A stretch of DNA of 64,000 bases from contig OZ220495.1 in NCBI GenBank assembly GCA_965116225.1, positions 2,340,670 through 2,404,669 on the forward strand, read 5' to 3'. Origin of the DNA: Dehalococcoidia bacterium. GTDB taxonomy: Bacteria > Chloroflexota > Dehalococcoidia > Bin125. Below are positions 36,063 to 45,817 of the stretch, piece by piece. Both the position numbers and the translations under genes were made by a program. A model generated the notes under the pieces. It searched no databases, had not been told where the DNA came from, and worked only from the letters and a program-made list of their open reading frames with translations. Each line of letters opens with the position of its first letter. The first letter of the stretch is position 1.

Positions 36063-37421
36063 TTAGCGACGGCTTGCCTCGTCTCCGAGGCGATACGACT
36101 CGTCCAGCAGCTCGATCGCGTGGGACGATCTGGGTAGCATCTGTCCCTCGACGTCGTGTTGCGCCATACCAGCGTCGAGTTGCAGCATGCAGCCTGGATT
36201 GGCGGTGCACACCTGATCAGCGTCGGTGGCCAGCAAGTCCTCCATCTTCTCCGCCAGTACCCGACCCGAGATGTCGCTCTGCACAACCGAATAGAGCCCC
36301 GCCGATCCGCAGCACCTGTCAGGCGTCCGCATCTCGCGCAGCGTCAGGCCGGGAATGCTGCGCAGTACATCGCGCGGCGGCTTGCGCACGTTCTGCGCGT
36401 GCGCGAGGTGGCAGGAGTCCTGATAGGTGACGGTCCGTTCGATACGACCCTCAGGCGCGGCGAACCCGATTTCGATCAGGTATTCATGTACATCGCGTAC
36501 GCGCGCGGCGAAGGCAGCGGCCCGCTCGGCGTAGGCGCGATCGTTGCGCAGCAGATGACCGTACTCCTTAAGATGCGATCCGCAGCCGGCGGCGTTGATC
36601 AGGATCGCGTCTGGCGGATCCTGCGACTCGGGCGTGAACGCGTCGATGTTGCGTCGGGCGAGTGCGCGCGCGGTCTCGGCGTCGCCGCCGTGCGCATGCA
36701 GCGCGCCACAGCAGACCTGCGTTTCAGGCGCGCTCATGGCGACGCCATTGCGGGCGAACACCCGAACCGTGGCGCGATGCGTTTCTGGAAACGCGAGCGG
36801 CATCATGCAACCAGTGACGAGCGCCGCCCGCGCGCGGGCGGGACTGGTCGGCGCACAGCGTACCGCTTCCCGGTTTGCGTAGAACGGTTTATCCACGATC
36901 GGAGCCAGGGCGTCGATTTGGGCCAGCCTGGGCGTCAGGCGCTGGAGCAGACCGCTCTTGCGCACGAGCGATTGCAACCCGCTGCGCTGGTAGAGCTTAA
37001 GCCCGTACCCTGCCAGTTTCATCAATTGTGAATGAGTGAAGATGCCGCGCATCACGAGTCGCCAGATGACGCGTTGGTGTCGCGACCACTTGCGCTGCGC
37101 GAACGCCTCCGCCCGAGTCGCCTCCATCAGCCGCCCGTAGGGCACTTTGGACGGGCACGCCGTTTCGCAGGCGCGGCACTGGAGACACTGATCGAAGTGC
37201 TGTTGTACTCGCGGCGACCATTCGATGCGACCACTGTCGAGCCCGCGCATGAGTGCGATCCGACCGCGCGGCGAGTCCGTCTCGACGCCGAGATCATGAT
37301 ACGTCGGGCAGACATTGAGGCAGAATCCGCAATGGACGCACAGCCCCAATTCAGCGGCATCCGGCCGATCGTCGGTCAACCAGATCGGCGCGGTGTTCGG
37401 GAGCTGTGGGGCGGCGCTCAT
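36063..37421 (-). CDS. glcF: Glycolate oxidase iron-sulfur subunit
   Basis: CVHCGFCLNVCPTY, SPRGRI, CLQCRACETACPS, CCGALH, YQDSCHL, CCGSAGLY, TANPGC. Confidence 0.9.
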   Translation of the reverse strand: MSAAPQLPNTAPIWLTDDRPDAAELGLCVHCGFCLNVCPTYHDLGVETDSPRGRIALMRGLDSGRIEWSPRVQQHFDQCLQCRACETACPSKVPYGRLMEATRAEAFAQRKWSRHQRVIWRLVMRGIFTHSQLMKLAGYGLKLYQRSGLQSLVRKSGLLQRLTPRLAQIDALAPIVDKPFYANREAVRCAPTSPARARAALVTGCMMPLAFPETHRATVRVFARNGVAMSAPETQVCCGALHAHGGDAETARALARRNIDAFTPESQDPPDAILINAAGCGSHLKEYGHLLRNDRAYAERAAAFAARVRDVHEYLIEIGFAAPEGRIERTVTYQDSCHLAHAQNVRKPPRDVLRSIPGLTLREMRTPDRCCGSAGLYSVVQSDISGRVLAEKMEDLLATDADQVCTANPGCMLQLDAGMAQHDVEGQMLPRSSHAIELLDESYRLGDEASRR

Positions 37422-37430
37422 GAAGGCAGC

Positions 37431-38747
37431 CTAGATTCCGTCGACGTAGCGACCGGGATTGAGCGTTCGCTTCGGATCAAATTGCCGCTTGATGTTGTGC
37501 ATCAGCCTCGCGCCTGTTCCGCTTGCTCCCCAGACGTCGCCCGAGTGTTTTAGCGCCGGCGGAGCCGATTCAATGGTGAGTCGCCCCCGCAGCGGCGCCA
37601 ATGCGTCGCGTAGACCGGCGATCGCCTCCGCATCGACCGACGGATGCTCGACAAATAGCAATCCCGAGTCTGCGGCCGCCAGCCAGCAGTTCGCGCCGGG
37701 CAAGCGTTTGTCCAGCAGCGACCAGGCGTGCTCAAGGTGTCCGGGCGGTAGTCCTACCCGCAGTCGGACGTGGTCGGGTGCGGTACTCAGCTCAAGATCG
37801 GTAATCGCCTGCCAGGTCTCGACGATCGCGTCGGTGCGCAGCGCGGCACCGATGGCGTCATCACTCCGCGCTGCGCGAATGGCGGTCGCCAGGACCTCGC
37901 TCGCGGCCGATTCCAGACCAATTGCGCGCAGCACCAGCGCCGGTCGAGCGGCGCGGATATCCGCGCCGTGTGCTCTCGCCCTGTCCGTCATCTCGGCCGA
38001 CAGCGCCAGGCAACCGTTCAGAAACGGTGCCGCGCTCGCCGCCGACCGCGCGGCGGCGAGCGCGTGCGCGAACGTCTCCGCTTCGAGCGCGACCACTTGG
38101 TCGCTGGCCGGCTGCGGTCGAAGCTTGAAGGTCGTCTCGGCGATCACGCCTAACGTGCCGAGCGACCCCGCGAACAGCTTGGGCAGGTCGTAGCCGCTCA
38201 CATTTTTCACGACCTTGCCGCCGCCCTTGATGGTCGTCCCGTCGGCGCGCACTATCCGCATCCCAATCAACCAGTCGCGTGGTCCGCCGAAAGCATTGCG
38301 TCGCAGCCCTCCACGCCCGACGGAACAGATGCCGCCAACCGTCGCCCGCTCGAACCGGGGATGGTCGAGCGGTAACAATTGCCCATTTGAAGCTAGCGCC
38401 CGCTGCAGCGCGGCGAGCGGCATGCCGGCCTGCACCGTAATCGTGAAGTCGTCAGGCTCATAATCCACCACCTCCCGCATCTCCGACAGGTCCAGCGCGA
38501 CGTCGTACCGACTGGGCGGCATACCAAGCTCCAGCATCGTCCTGCCGCCGACCGGGATGGCGGACAGATCGCGCGCGGCGGCGCGCGCCAGCGCCTGCTC
38601 TAGATCAGTTAGCGACCGCGCCCGGATTGCGACCGACGGCATTTGTCCGTCTATGGCGTACTCGTCGGTTTGCGCAGCGCTCGTGGAAGCAGCGAAGTCC
38701 CAGAACGCTTCGTCGATGGTCACAGTGTCGGAATCCCCAACGCCCAT
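37431..38747 (-). CDS. glcE: Glycolate oxidase FAD-binding subunit
   Basis: YEPDDFTITVQAG, ATVGG, GGKVVKNVSGYDLPKLFAGSLGTLG, FDPKRTLNPG. Start approximate. Confidence 0.85.
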   Translation of the reverse strand: MGVGDSDTVTIDEAFWDFAASTSAAQTDEYAIDGQMPSVAIRARSLTDLEQALARAAARDLSAIPVGGRTMLELGMPPSRYDVALDLSEMREVVDYEPDDFTITVQAGMPLAALQRALASNGQLLPLDHPRFERATVGGICSVGRGGLRRNAFGGPRDWLIGMRIVRADGTTIKGGGKVVKNVSGYDLPKLFAGSLGTLGVIAETTFKLRPQPASDQVVALEAETFAHALAAARSAASAAPFLNGCLALSAEMTDRARAHGADIRAARPALVLRAIGLESAASEVLATAIRAARSDDAIGAALRTDAIVETWQAITDLELSTAPDHVRLRVGLPPGHLEHAWSLLDKRLPGANCWLAAADSGLLFVEHPSVDAEAIAGLRDALAPLRGRLTIESAPPALKHSGDVWGASGTGARLMHNIKRQFDPKRTLNPGRYVDGI

Positions 38748-38766
38748 GCGCTGCGTTGTGATCGGC

Positions 38767-40221
38767 TCACACAAATGCCTTGGGGCCGAACTTTGCGATC
38801 TGATCCTGCGCGTGTTGATGTCCTGCCTCGCCGCATCCGTGACCCTTGGGGAAGATCTTGCAGGGGTTAAAATTCTCCGTTGGCCCGAACGCCGCGCGCA
38901 GCGACTGCATGGCATCCATATCCGCGTCGTTGAAGATCCAGGGCAGATAGTCGCGCTTCTCCAGCCCGACGCCGTGTTCTCCGGTGATCGCGCCGCCGGC
39001 ATCGATGCACAAGCGCATGATCTCTCCGCCCGCATCGAGCACTCGCTCGGTTGCCCCAGGCTCGCGCTCATCGAATAGCAGGCAGGGATGCAGATTCCCG
39101 TCGCCGGCGTGGAACATGTTGGCGACGGGTAAGCGGTAGCGCTCGGCGATCTCGTAGACGGCATCGAGCACGTCGGGCAGCTTCGTGCGCGGCACTACGC
39201 CGTCGAGCAGGTAATAGTTGGGCATAATCTGACCCAACGCGCCGATCGCGCCTTTGCGACCGGCCCACAACGTCTCGCGCTCCTCAGGATCCGTCGCCGA
39301 GCGCACCTCGCGGGGCTCGAATCGATTCAGGATCGCTTCAATCCGCGCGCCCTCGGCTTCGACCTGCGACTCCGGCCCATCGACCTCGACTAACAGCACC
39401 GCCTCCGCATCCAGCGGAAAGCCGGTGTTTAGGACCGGCTCGACGGCTGCAATGGTCATCTTGTCGATCATTTCCAGCGCCGCCGGCACGATCCCCGACG
39501 CAACGACGGCCGATACGGCATTGGATGCCTGTCGCACGCTGTCGTAGACCGCCAGCAGCGTCCGCACCGCCGTCGGCTTGGGTACCAGTCGCACCAGAAT
39601 CTGGGTCACGATCCCGACTGTGCCTTCGGATCCGACGACGCAACCGACCAGGTCGTAGCCCGGCTCATCGCGGGTCTCATGACCGATCCACTGCACCTCG
39701 CCATCGGCGGTGACCAGTTCGAGCGCCAAGACGTGATTGGTGGTGGTGCCCCACGCCAGTGTGTGAGGGCCGCCGGCGTTTTCGGCCACGTTGCCGCCGA
39801 TCGTGCATGCTCGTTGCGAGCTCGGGTCGGGCGCATAGGTGAGCCCGTGCCGTTCCGCCTCGACGCCGAGATCGAGGTTGACGACACCGGGTTGAACCAG
39901 CGCCGTCCTGTTCTCGACGTCCAGATCGAGAATGCGTCGCATCCTGTTCATGCCGATCACGACGCCGCCCTTCGCCGCTAGCGCACCGCCGCTCAGCCCC
40001 GTGCCGGCACCGCGTGGCGTCACCGGCGCATGGTGCGTGTTGGCGATCTTGATCAGCCTGACGACGTCCTCGGTCGTCGTCGGGAGCGCGATAACGTCTG
40101 GATTGCCCCGATCAATCGTCCCATCGTACTCGTAGACCAACAGGTCGTCGTCGTGCCAGACGACCGCCTGCTCGCCGATGGCGTCGATCAGATCGCGGGC
40201 CAGAGTGGTGGGAGTGTGCAT
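38767..40221 (-). CDS. glcD: Glycolate oxidase FAD-linked subunit
   Basis: RGAGTGLSGG, PDPSSQRACTIGGNVAENAGG, GSEGTVG, HAGDGNLHP, GEHGVGLEK. Confidence 0.9.
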   Translation of the reverse strand: MHTPTTLARDLIDAIGEQAVVWHDDDLLVYEYDGTIDRGNPDVIALPTTTEDVVRLIKIANTHHAPVTPRGAGTGLSGGALAAKGGVVIGMNRMRRILDLDVENRTALVQPGVVNLDLGVEAERHGLTYAPDPSSQRACTIGGNVAENAGGPHTLAWGTTTNHVLALELVTADGEVQWIGHETRDEPGYDLVGCVVGSEGTVGIVTQILVRLVPKPTAVRTLLAVYDSVRQASNAVSAVVASGIVPAALEMIDKMTIAAVEPVLNTGFPLDAEAVLLVEVDGPESQVEAEGARIEAILNRFEPREVRSATDPEERETLWAGRKGAIGALGQIMPNYYLLDGVVPRTKLPDVLDAVYEIAERYRLPVANMFHAGDGNLHPCLLFDEREPGATERVLDAGGEIMRLCIDAGGAITGEHGVGLEKRDYLPWIFNDADMDAMQSLRAAFGPTENFNPCKIFPKGHGCGEAGHQHAQDQIAKFGPKAFV

Positions 40222-40259
40222 GAATCGATGATAAAGCGATGAGCGCTCGCGGAAGTCGA

Positions 40260-41007
40260 TCAGCGTCGCCAACGGCGGGCGAGGAAGTCGAGCACCGCGC
40301 TGTTGAATCGGTCCGGTTGTTCCATGTCGACCGAATGGCCCGCCCGCGGTACGACGACGAGTTTGATCCGCCCATCGCCCGCTGCGACGCTCGCATCGTG
40401 CTCTGGCAAGCGATGCGGGCGTGCTCGCCGACGATGTAGAGCATCGGCATGCCGAACTGCCTCAGCAGCGGCATCGATGGCCCGCGCCAGGTCGCCAGCC
40501 CCGGCGTGGGCGCGAGGAACGTCGACGGCCTGGGTGGATTCCAGCCGTTCATGCGTCGGTAGAGCCAGGCGAGCTGGGGCTGGTTCCATTCCGTGTTCGG
40601 TGCCAATGCGCGCTGGCGCAGGGTCATCTCCGCCACGGTCCGATAGTGCGCCGACTGAATCTCCCGCACCTCGTCATTGACCGCCCCGGCGAGCGTACCC
40701 GAGAGGATTAACGCCTCGATCCGACCCGGGAGCAGCAGCGTGAACGGGGTCGTGGTGCATCCACCCATCGAGTGCGCGATCATCGCAAAGCGATCGAGGC
40801 GCAGATATTCCAACAGCGCGTGCAGATCGTGCGGGAACGCGCGGCGGCTGGGACCGCCAAGTACATCGCGGCTCAGTCCGAATGCGCGGTGGTCGAAGGT
40901 GATCGTGTAGTAACGCTCGGCGCGAGGATCAGCAGCGGCGCGTTGGGATCACCAGGCGCTTCGTAATAGAGGTCGATCGCGTTGCAGTGGAGAACTGGCA
41001 CGTTCAT
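40260..41007 (-). pseudogene. Degraded alpha/beta hydrolase
   Basis: Pieces in different frames: IDLYYEAPG, TFDHRAFGLS, nucleophile AHSMGG, GHSVDMEQPDRFN. N-terminal deletion plus frameshifts. Confidence 0.75.
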
Positions 41008-41519
41008 TCAGAGGCTAAGTAGTTATCGTCCTCGACAGACTGGACGCGCGCCGCCTCGATCACGAGCTCGAGGCAACGGGTGGCGGTCAGTCGCTTGTTG
41101 CCCTCGCGATCCGATTCCCAAACCTGCTGTTCGGCATACACGCGATCGCCTGGCCCGACGCAGGCCATCCAGACCGTGCCGACAGGGCGCGTCTCCGATC
41201 CGCCGGTCGGCCCGGTGATGCCCGTCTCCGCCACGCCGATATCAGCGTGCAGCGTCTCGCGGACGCCGCGCGCCATTGCCGCGGCCGCTTCCTCCGAGAC
41301 TGAGCCGTGTTCGCGCAACAACTCGCGCGAAACGCCGAGCAGGTCGATCTTGGGATAGTTGTGATACGGGGCCACGCCGCCGAGCCAGACTTTCGAGCAA
41401 CCGGGAATGTCCGTAATCCAGTGGCCGATTAGTCCACCGGTATCCGTTTCCGCCGTAGCCAAGGTCAACCCGCACTCGGCGAGCTGGTCCACAAGACGAC
41501 GGGCGGTGTCCTCGGCCAT
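41004..41519 (-). CDS. pncC: CinA C-terminal domain / NMN deamidase family protein
   Basis: LATAETDTGG, PGCSKVWLGG, HGSVSEE, TGITGPTGG..PVGTVW. Confidence 0.8.
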   Translation of the reverse strand: MAEDTARRLVDQLAECGLTLATAETDTGGLIGHWITDIPGCSKVWLGGVAPYHNYPKIDLLGVSRELLREHGSVSEEAAAAMARGVRETLHADIGVAETGITGPTGGSETRPVGTVWMACVGPGDRVYAEQQVWESDREGNKRLTATRCLELVIEAARVQSVEDDNYLASE

Positions 41520-41554
41520 GGGTGGCGACCTCTGACGAGCGACGAGTTCTCGCG

Positions 41555-41884
41555 TTAATCCTCGTTGTTGGTGAACTTGTCCCAGTTGAACATCAGGATC
41601 AGGATGAACGTCACCAGCACCAGGAACGGTGCCAGCAGGATCGAGAACTCGTACCATTCCTCACGGTCGAAGTTGTTGACCCCGGTACCGCCTTCATCCG
41701 GCTCAGCCCGTTGCGGGACCGACAATTGGGTTTCTACGGTCGCGGTCTCGGCGGCGAGCACTTCGCCGCCATCTGTGAAGATCGGCTGGATCGCCGAGAT
41801 CGCCAACAGCGCCAAAGCACCGGCCAGCGACAGCCGCGCCATCGGTTTGATCACCTTGCCCAAGGCATGCCAGATGGTTCGCAT
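41555..41884 (-). CDS. Small exported/membrane protein of unknown function
   Basis: Signal-like N-terminus and C-terminal TM (FSILLAPFLVLVTFILILMF). GGAGG RBS. Confidence 0.6.
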   Translation of the reverse strand: MRTIWHALGKVIKPMARLSLAGALALLAISAIQPIFTDGGEVLAAETATVETQLSVPQRAEPDEGGTGVNNFDREEWYEFSILLAPFLVLVTFILILMFNWDKFTNNED

Positions 41885-41948
41885 GTTCGTTCCCTCCACT
41901 GACTCTGGCCGACTGGCCGTCTGCTCACTCTGTAGTTCGGCGTTTAGG

Positions 41949-43301
41949 CTATTCCAGCGCGCCTGCTCGCGCGAGCGTGTCGATTTGGTCTTCGCTGTAG
42001 CCGAGCATGCGGCTCAGCACGAACTCAGTGTCCTCGCCCAGTCGCGGTGCCGGCGAGACAATCTCGGCCGGGGTTTCAGACAGCTGCCACGGCGGCGGCA
42101 ACACCTCGCGCAGATGCGTCTCCGGCGGTCGCACCGCGACCGCGCCGCCACGGGCCTGAAAGTACTCCGAGTCATGGATATCGCTTCCCCAAACGGAAGC
42201 GGCCGCCGGCACCCCGGCCGCACGCAATGTCTCGGCCGTCTCAATGGCTGACTGTTCGGATGTCCACGCCTCGATCATCGGCTTCAGTTCGTCGCGATGT
42301 TTCCAGCGCCGCAGACCGGTGCGGAAGCGTGGGTCGTCGCGCAGGTGGTTGAGATCGCTACAGGCGCACAGCGCGTTCCACTCCGCGTCCGAGCGGCAGG
42401 CGATGGCGATCCAGCCGCTTCGCGCGCTCCTGTGATCGTCGGTGTACGCGTCGGGTGCGCGCATGGCGGCGCAGCGAAACACATCGTGCGGCGCGTACGC
42501 GCGGTGGCCGTTGCCAAGTCGCTCGCCATCGTGTCCTAGCAGGTCGACGTGCAGGAACTCCTCGGGGATGTGCATTCCGATTGCCTCCGACGAGGATGCG
42601 TCGATGAACTGTCCTCGGCCGGTGCGCTCTCGATAGTGAAAGCCGGCTATCATGGCGAGCGCCGCGGCCGTGCCAGCCCGCAGGTCGATCGAGCCGCCCA
42701 TCATCACCGGCGGCTCTTCGGGTTCGCCAGAGAGATATGAGATCCCGCTGAGCGCGGCGAAGGTGGGCGCGTAACCCGTGTAGTTGCGTTCGGGCCCGGT
42801 CGCGCCCAGCGCTGAGGCCGAGACCATCACGATTTCCGGATTGATTGCCCGCAGGTAGTCGTAGCTCAGACCCAGTTTGTCGAGCGTGCCCGGTCGGAAA
42901 TTGTCGATCGCGCCGTCGGCGGTGCGCGCGAGATCGCGGATGACCTGCTTCGCGCCCTCGGTCTTCAGGTTGAGCTGGATCGAGTACTTGTTGAGGTTGA
43001 CCTCGTTGAACATCGGAGCCTGGTTGACGCCGCCCGCGAACGAACCCATCGCCAGTGAGCGTTGACGCGAGTGGTCGATCCGCGTCGCCGACTCCACCTT
43101 GATCGTTTCCGCTCCCAACAGCGCTACCTGCATGGCACCGTATGGCCCTGCCCAAGCCCATGTGAAATCGATCACTCGCTTGCCTGATAGCGGCCCGCGC
43201 CGCTTACCCGGTTGCATCAGGCTGCGGTGTCCCAGGTGATGCGGCAGATAACCGTCCTCGACGGCATGTCCGCCGCCGTTGCCGTTGTGTGTGGTGGTCA
43301 T
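41949..43301 (-). CDS. Family III CoA-transferase (catalytic-Asp type)
   Basis: RVIDFTWAWAGP, NLNKYS, DNFRPG, GGSID, APRLGED. Confidence 0.9.
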   Translation of the reverse strand: MTTTHNGNGGGHAVEDGYLPHHLGHRSLMQPGKRRGPLSGKRVIDFTWAWAGPYGAMQVALLGAETIKVESATRIDHSRQRSLAMGSFAGGVNQAPMFNEVNLNKYSIQLNLKTEGAKQVIRDLARTADGAIDNFRPGTLDKLGLSYDYLRAINPEIVMVSASALGATGPERNYTGYAPTFAALSGISYLSGEPEEPPVMMGGSIDLRAGTAAALAMIAGFHYRERTGRGQFIDASSSEAIGMHIPEEFLHVDLLGHDGERLGNGHRAYAPHDVFRCAAMRAPDAYTDDHRSARSGWIAIACRSDAEWNALCACSDLNHLRDDPRFRTGLRRWKHRDELKPMIEAWTSEQSAIETAETLRAAGVPAAASVWGSDIHDSEYFQARGGAVAVRPPETHLREVLPPPWQLSETPAEIVSPAPRLGEDTEFVLSRMLGYSEDQIDTLARAGALE

Positions 43302-44554
43302 CCAATGACTCCGGCTCGTTTCGCTTGCGTGGGTGTCCAGGGTTGTAGGTGTGGTCCAGTCAGTTCAGCGGTCGAGGAACCGAGCAGCGGGGCGGCGCTG
43401 CGAGTGGCGCGCCTGGCTCGATTCCAGCGCGCTGCGAACTGCGGATAGCGGCTCGGTTCGACCACGGGGTGAGGCAGCACATCGAAAAAGTCGCGCACCT
43501 GCATCTGCTCGGAGTGCATCACCTCCGACGGCCGCAACACGGGACCGGCTGGCGCGCTGTTGGCCTGCAAGGCGCGGAAGACCTCGTCGCGCGTTCGCGT
43601 GGCGGCCCATTCCTCGATTGCGGCACCTGCCTCGTCACCCAATTGCAGCCGATCGATCAGCCCGCCGTCAGCGTCGAATGCCCAGTCCGGGTTACCCATC
43701 GCCTTGATTAATCCGGCCCACTGGTGTCCCTGGGGCGTGACCACGATCAGGTGTCCATCCGAACAGGCGAAACGTCCGCTGAAGGCGCTGCCGCTACGTC
43801 GGGGCGGCAGCAGCGGTGGTCCGCCGTCGTTGTGCGCGATCGAGATATCAACCCGGTCCATGTTCATCATGGCTTCGACCGACGACACATCGACGATCTG
43901 TCCATGTCCGTCCCGGTCGCGCACGATCAACGCCGCCCAGGCTGCCAGCGCTAGCGCTGTACCGCCGTCGGCCTCGTGCACGTTAGCGCCGGCCACGAGT
44001 GGCGCGGCGGCGCTCGCGCCGAGATTTCGTCTGACTCCGGCGGCGGATCCCGAGGCGTGCGCGCGCGTCAGCGCGGTCGATGGCCACTCACTCGCGTTTC
44101 CGACGAGGCCGAAGGCGGTCACCGAGGCGATGATCAGTTGCGGTAAACACTCACGCAGGTCGTGCGGGTTCAGGTTGAGCGCGTCCAGTTGCGTCAGCGT
44201 GCGGTCGGTAACGAAGACATCGGCGTTCGAGATCAGCGCATGCAGTACGCGGACGCCCGCGGCTGATTCAAGCTCGAGCCTTACGCTGCGCTTAGATGTG
44301 TTGTACGCCAGCCACGTCGTCGATGTCTCGCGGTGCGGTGACGGGTCTGCAAACGGTGCCATCCGCCGAGCAGCGTCGCCCTTGGGCGATTCAACCTTGA
44401 TCGTCTCCGCGCCAGCGTCGGCCAGTAGCTTGGCCGCGAACGGAGCGGAGATGCCCTCTGCCAGCTCCACAACCCGAACGCCGTCCAGCAACGGCGGCCC
44501 CAGCTCCTCCGGCGAGGTCTCGACGACAGGTTTGTCTGTGGAAGGCATGGTCAT
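43298..44554 (-). CDS. Family III CoA-transferase (divergent partner subunit)
   Basis: VRVVELAEGISAP, LADAGAETIKVE, NTSKRS, APLLG. Overlaps the next gene (ATGA). Confidence 0.85.
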   Translation of the reverse strand: MTMPSTDKPVVETSPEELGPPLLDGVRVVELAEGISAPFAAKLLADAGAETIKVESPKGDAARRMAPFADPSPHRETSTTWLAYNTSKRSVRLELESAAGVRVLHALISNADVFVTDRTLTQLDALNLNPHDLRECLPQLIIASVTAFGLVGNASEWPSTALTRAHASGSAAGVRRNLGASAAAPLVAGANVHEADGGTALALAAWAALIVRDRDGHGQIVDVSSVEAMMNMDRVDISIAHNDGGPPLLPPRRSGSAFSGRFACSDGHLIVVTPQGHQWAGLIKAMGNPDWAFDADGGLIDRLQLGDEAGAAIEEWAATRTRDEVFRALQANSAPAGPVLRPSEVMHSEQMQVRDFFDVLPHPVVEPSRYPQFAARWNRARRATRSAAPLLGSSTAELTGPHLQPWTPTQAKRAGVIG

Positions 44555-44602
44555 GCGTGGACAGTCTAGAACGCAATCGGGAGTGCTCATAGACTGCAAG
44601 CG

Positions 44603-45817
44603 ATGAGTGAGCGGGATCAGAATCAGATGGGTGCCGCGCGACCCTTCGATGGCGTGCGCGTGCTCGAACTCGCCGAAGGCATCTCGGGACCTTACGCGGG
44701 ACGCTGGCTGGCGGCGCTCGGTGCCGATGTTGTCAAGGTCGAACGCACGATCGGCGATCTATCCCGCGCCTTCGGTCCATGGCGGGACGATCTCCCCGAT
44801 GACGAGTCGAGCGGACTCTTCCTCTACCTTAACGGTGACAAGCGCTCGGTGACCCTCAACCTCGAGACATCCGATGGGCGCGAACTCCTGCGCGAGCTGG
44901 CGCAGACCGCCGAGATCGTGATCGAGTCCTTTACCCCGGGCTATCTCGCGGAGCGTGGACTGGGATATGACACTCTGTCTCAGAACCACGCGGCGCTCGT
45001 GATGATCTCGATCACGCCCTTCGGTCAAACCGGCCCCAACGCTAATCTGCCGGCGACCGAGCTCACCCTCTACGCTGCTAGCGGACAGATGTGGCTGACC
45101 GGGCATCCCGATCGTCCACCGCTCAAGAACGGTGGCTCGCAGCCCTCGTACCAGGCTGGACTCAACGCCTTCGCCGCCATCTCTGGCGCCTACTACGGCG
45201 CGTTGATGCATGAGCAGGGCTCGTATATCGACCTGTCTGTGCAAGAATCCTACGCCGGCATGGCCGAAGCCTTTCACACGCGAGCGTCCCAGCTTGGCGT
45301 TGAATCCTTGCGCTCGGGCAACAACCTGAACGCGCTCTGGGGCGTCTACGAGGTCGCCGACGGGTTCGGCGGTATCTGCGCGTTGCCTCGCAACTATCCG
45401 TCCTTCGCCCACGCCGTCGGACTGGATGCACTGCAGGATGAGCGCTTCGCCGACCCCAGCCAGCGACTGCTCAACAACGACGAACTGATGGCGATCATGT
45501 ACGGCTGGTTCGCCGGTCAGACTCGACAGGGATTGCTCAAACTCGGCATTGAGCACCGCGTCCCGTTCGGGTTCGTCGCCACATTCGAGGACCTTGCGAA
45601 CTCCGAGCATCTGGCTGGCCGCGATTTCTTCGCCAGGGTTGAGGATGATGCCGCGGGATCGCTCATGTACCCGGGTCGACTCTGGCTCAGCAGCGGGCAC
45701 GATTGGAAGATGGGTCACGCCCCAAAGCTCGGCGAGCACAATGTCGATATCTTCCACGGCGAGCTCGGCTACGACCGCGAAGATCTCGTTCGACTGCGAG
45801 AACTGGATGCCATCTGA
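44603..45817 (+). CDS. Family III CoA-transferase (partner subunit)
   Basis: VRVLELAEGISGP, LGADVVKVE, NGDKRS, ITPFGQTGP, APKLGEHN. Confidence 0.9.
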   Translation: MSERDQNQMGAARPFDGVRVLELAEGISGPYAGRWLAALGADVVKVERTIGDLSRAFGPWRDDLPDDESSGLFLYLNGDKRSVTLNLETSDGRELLRELAQTAEIVIESFTPGYLAERGLGYDTLSQNHAALVMISITPFGQTGPNANLPATELTLYAASGQMWLTGHPDRPPLKNGGSQPSYQAGLNAFAAISGAYYGALMHEQGSYIDLSVQESYAGMAEAFHTRASQLGVESLRSGNNLNALWGVYEVADGFGGICALPRNYPSFAHAVGLDALQDERFADPSQRLLNNDELMAIMYGWFAGQTRQGLLKLGIEHRVPFGFVATFEDLANSEHLAGRDFFARVEDDAAGSLMYPGRLWLSSGHDWKMGHAPKLGEHNVDIFHGELGYDREDLVRLRELDAI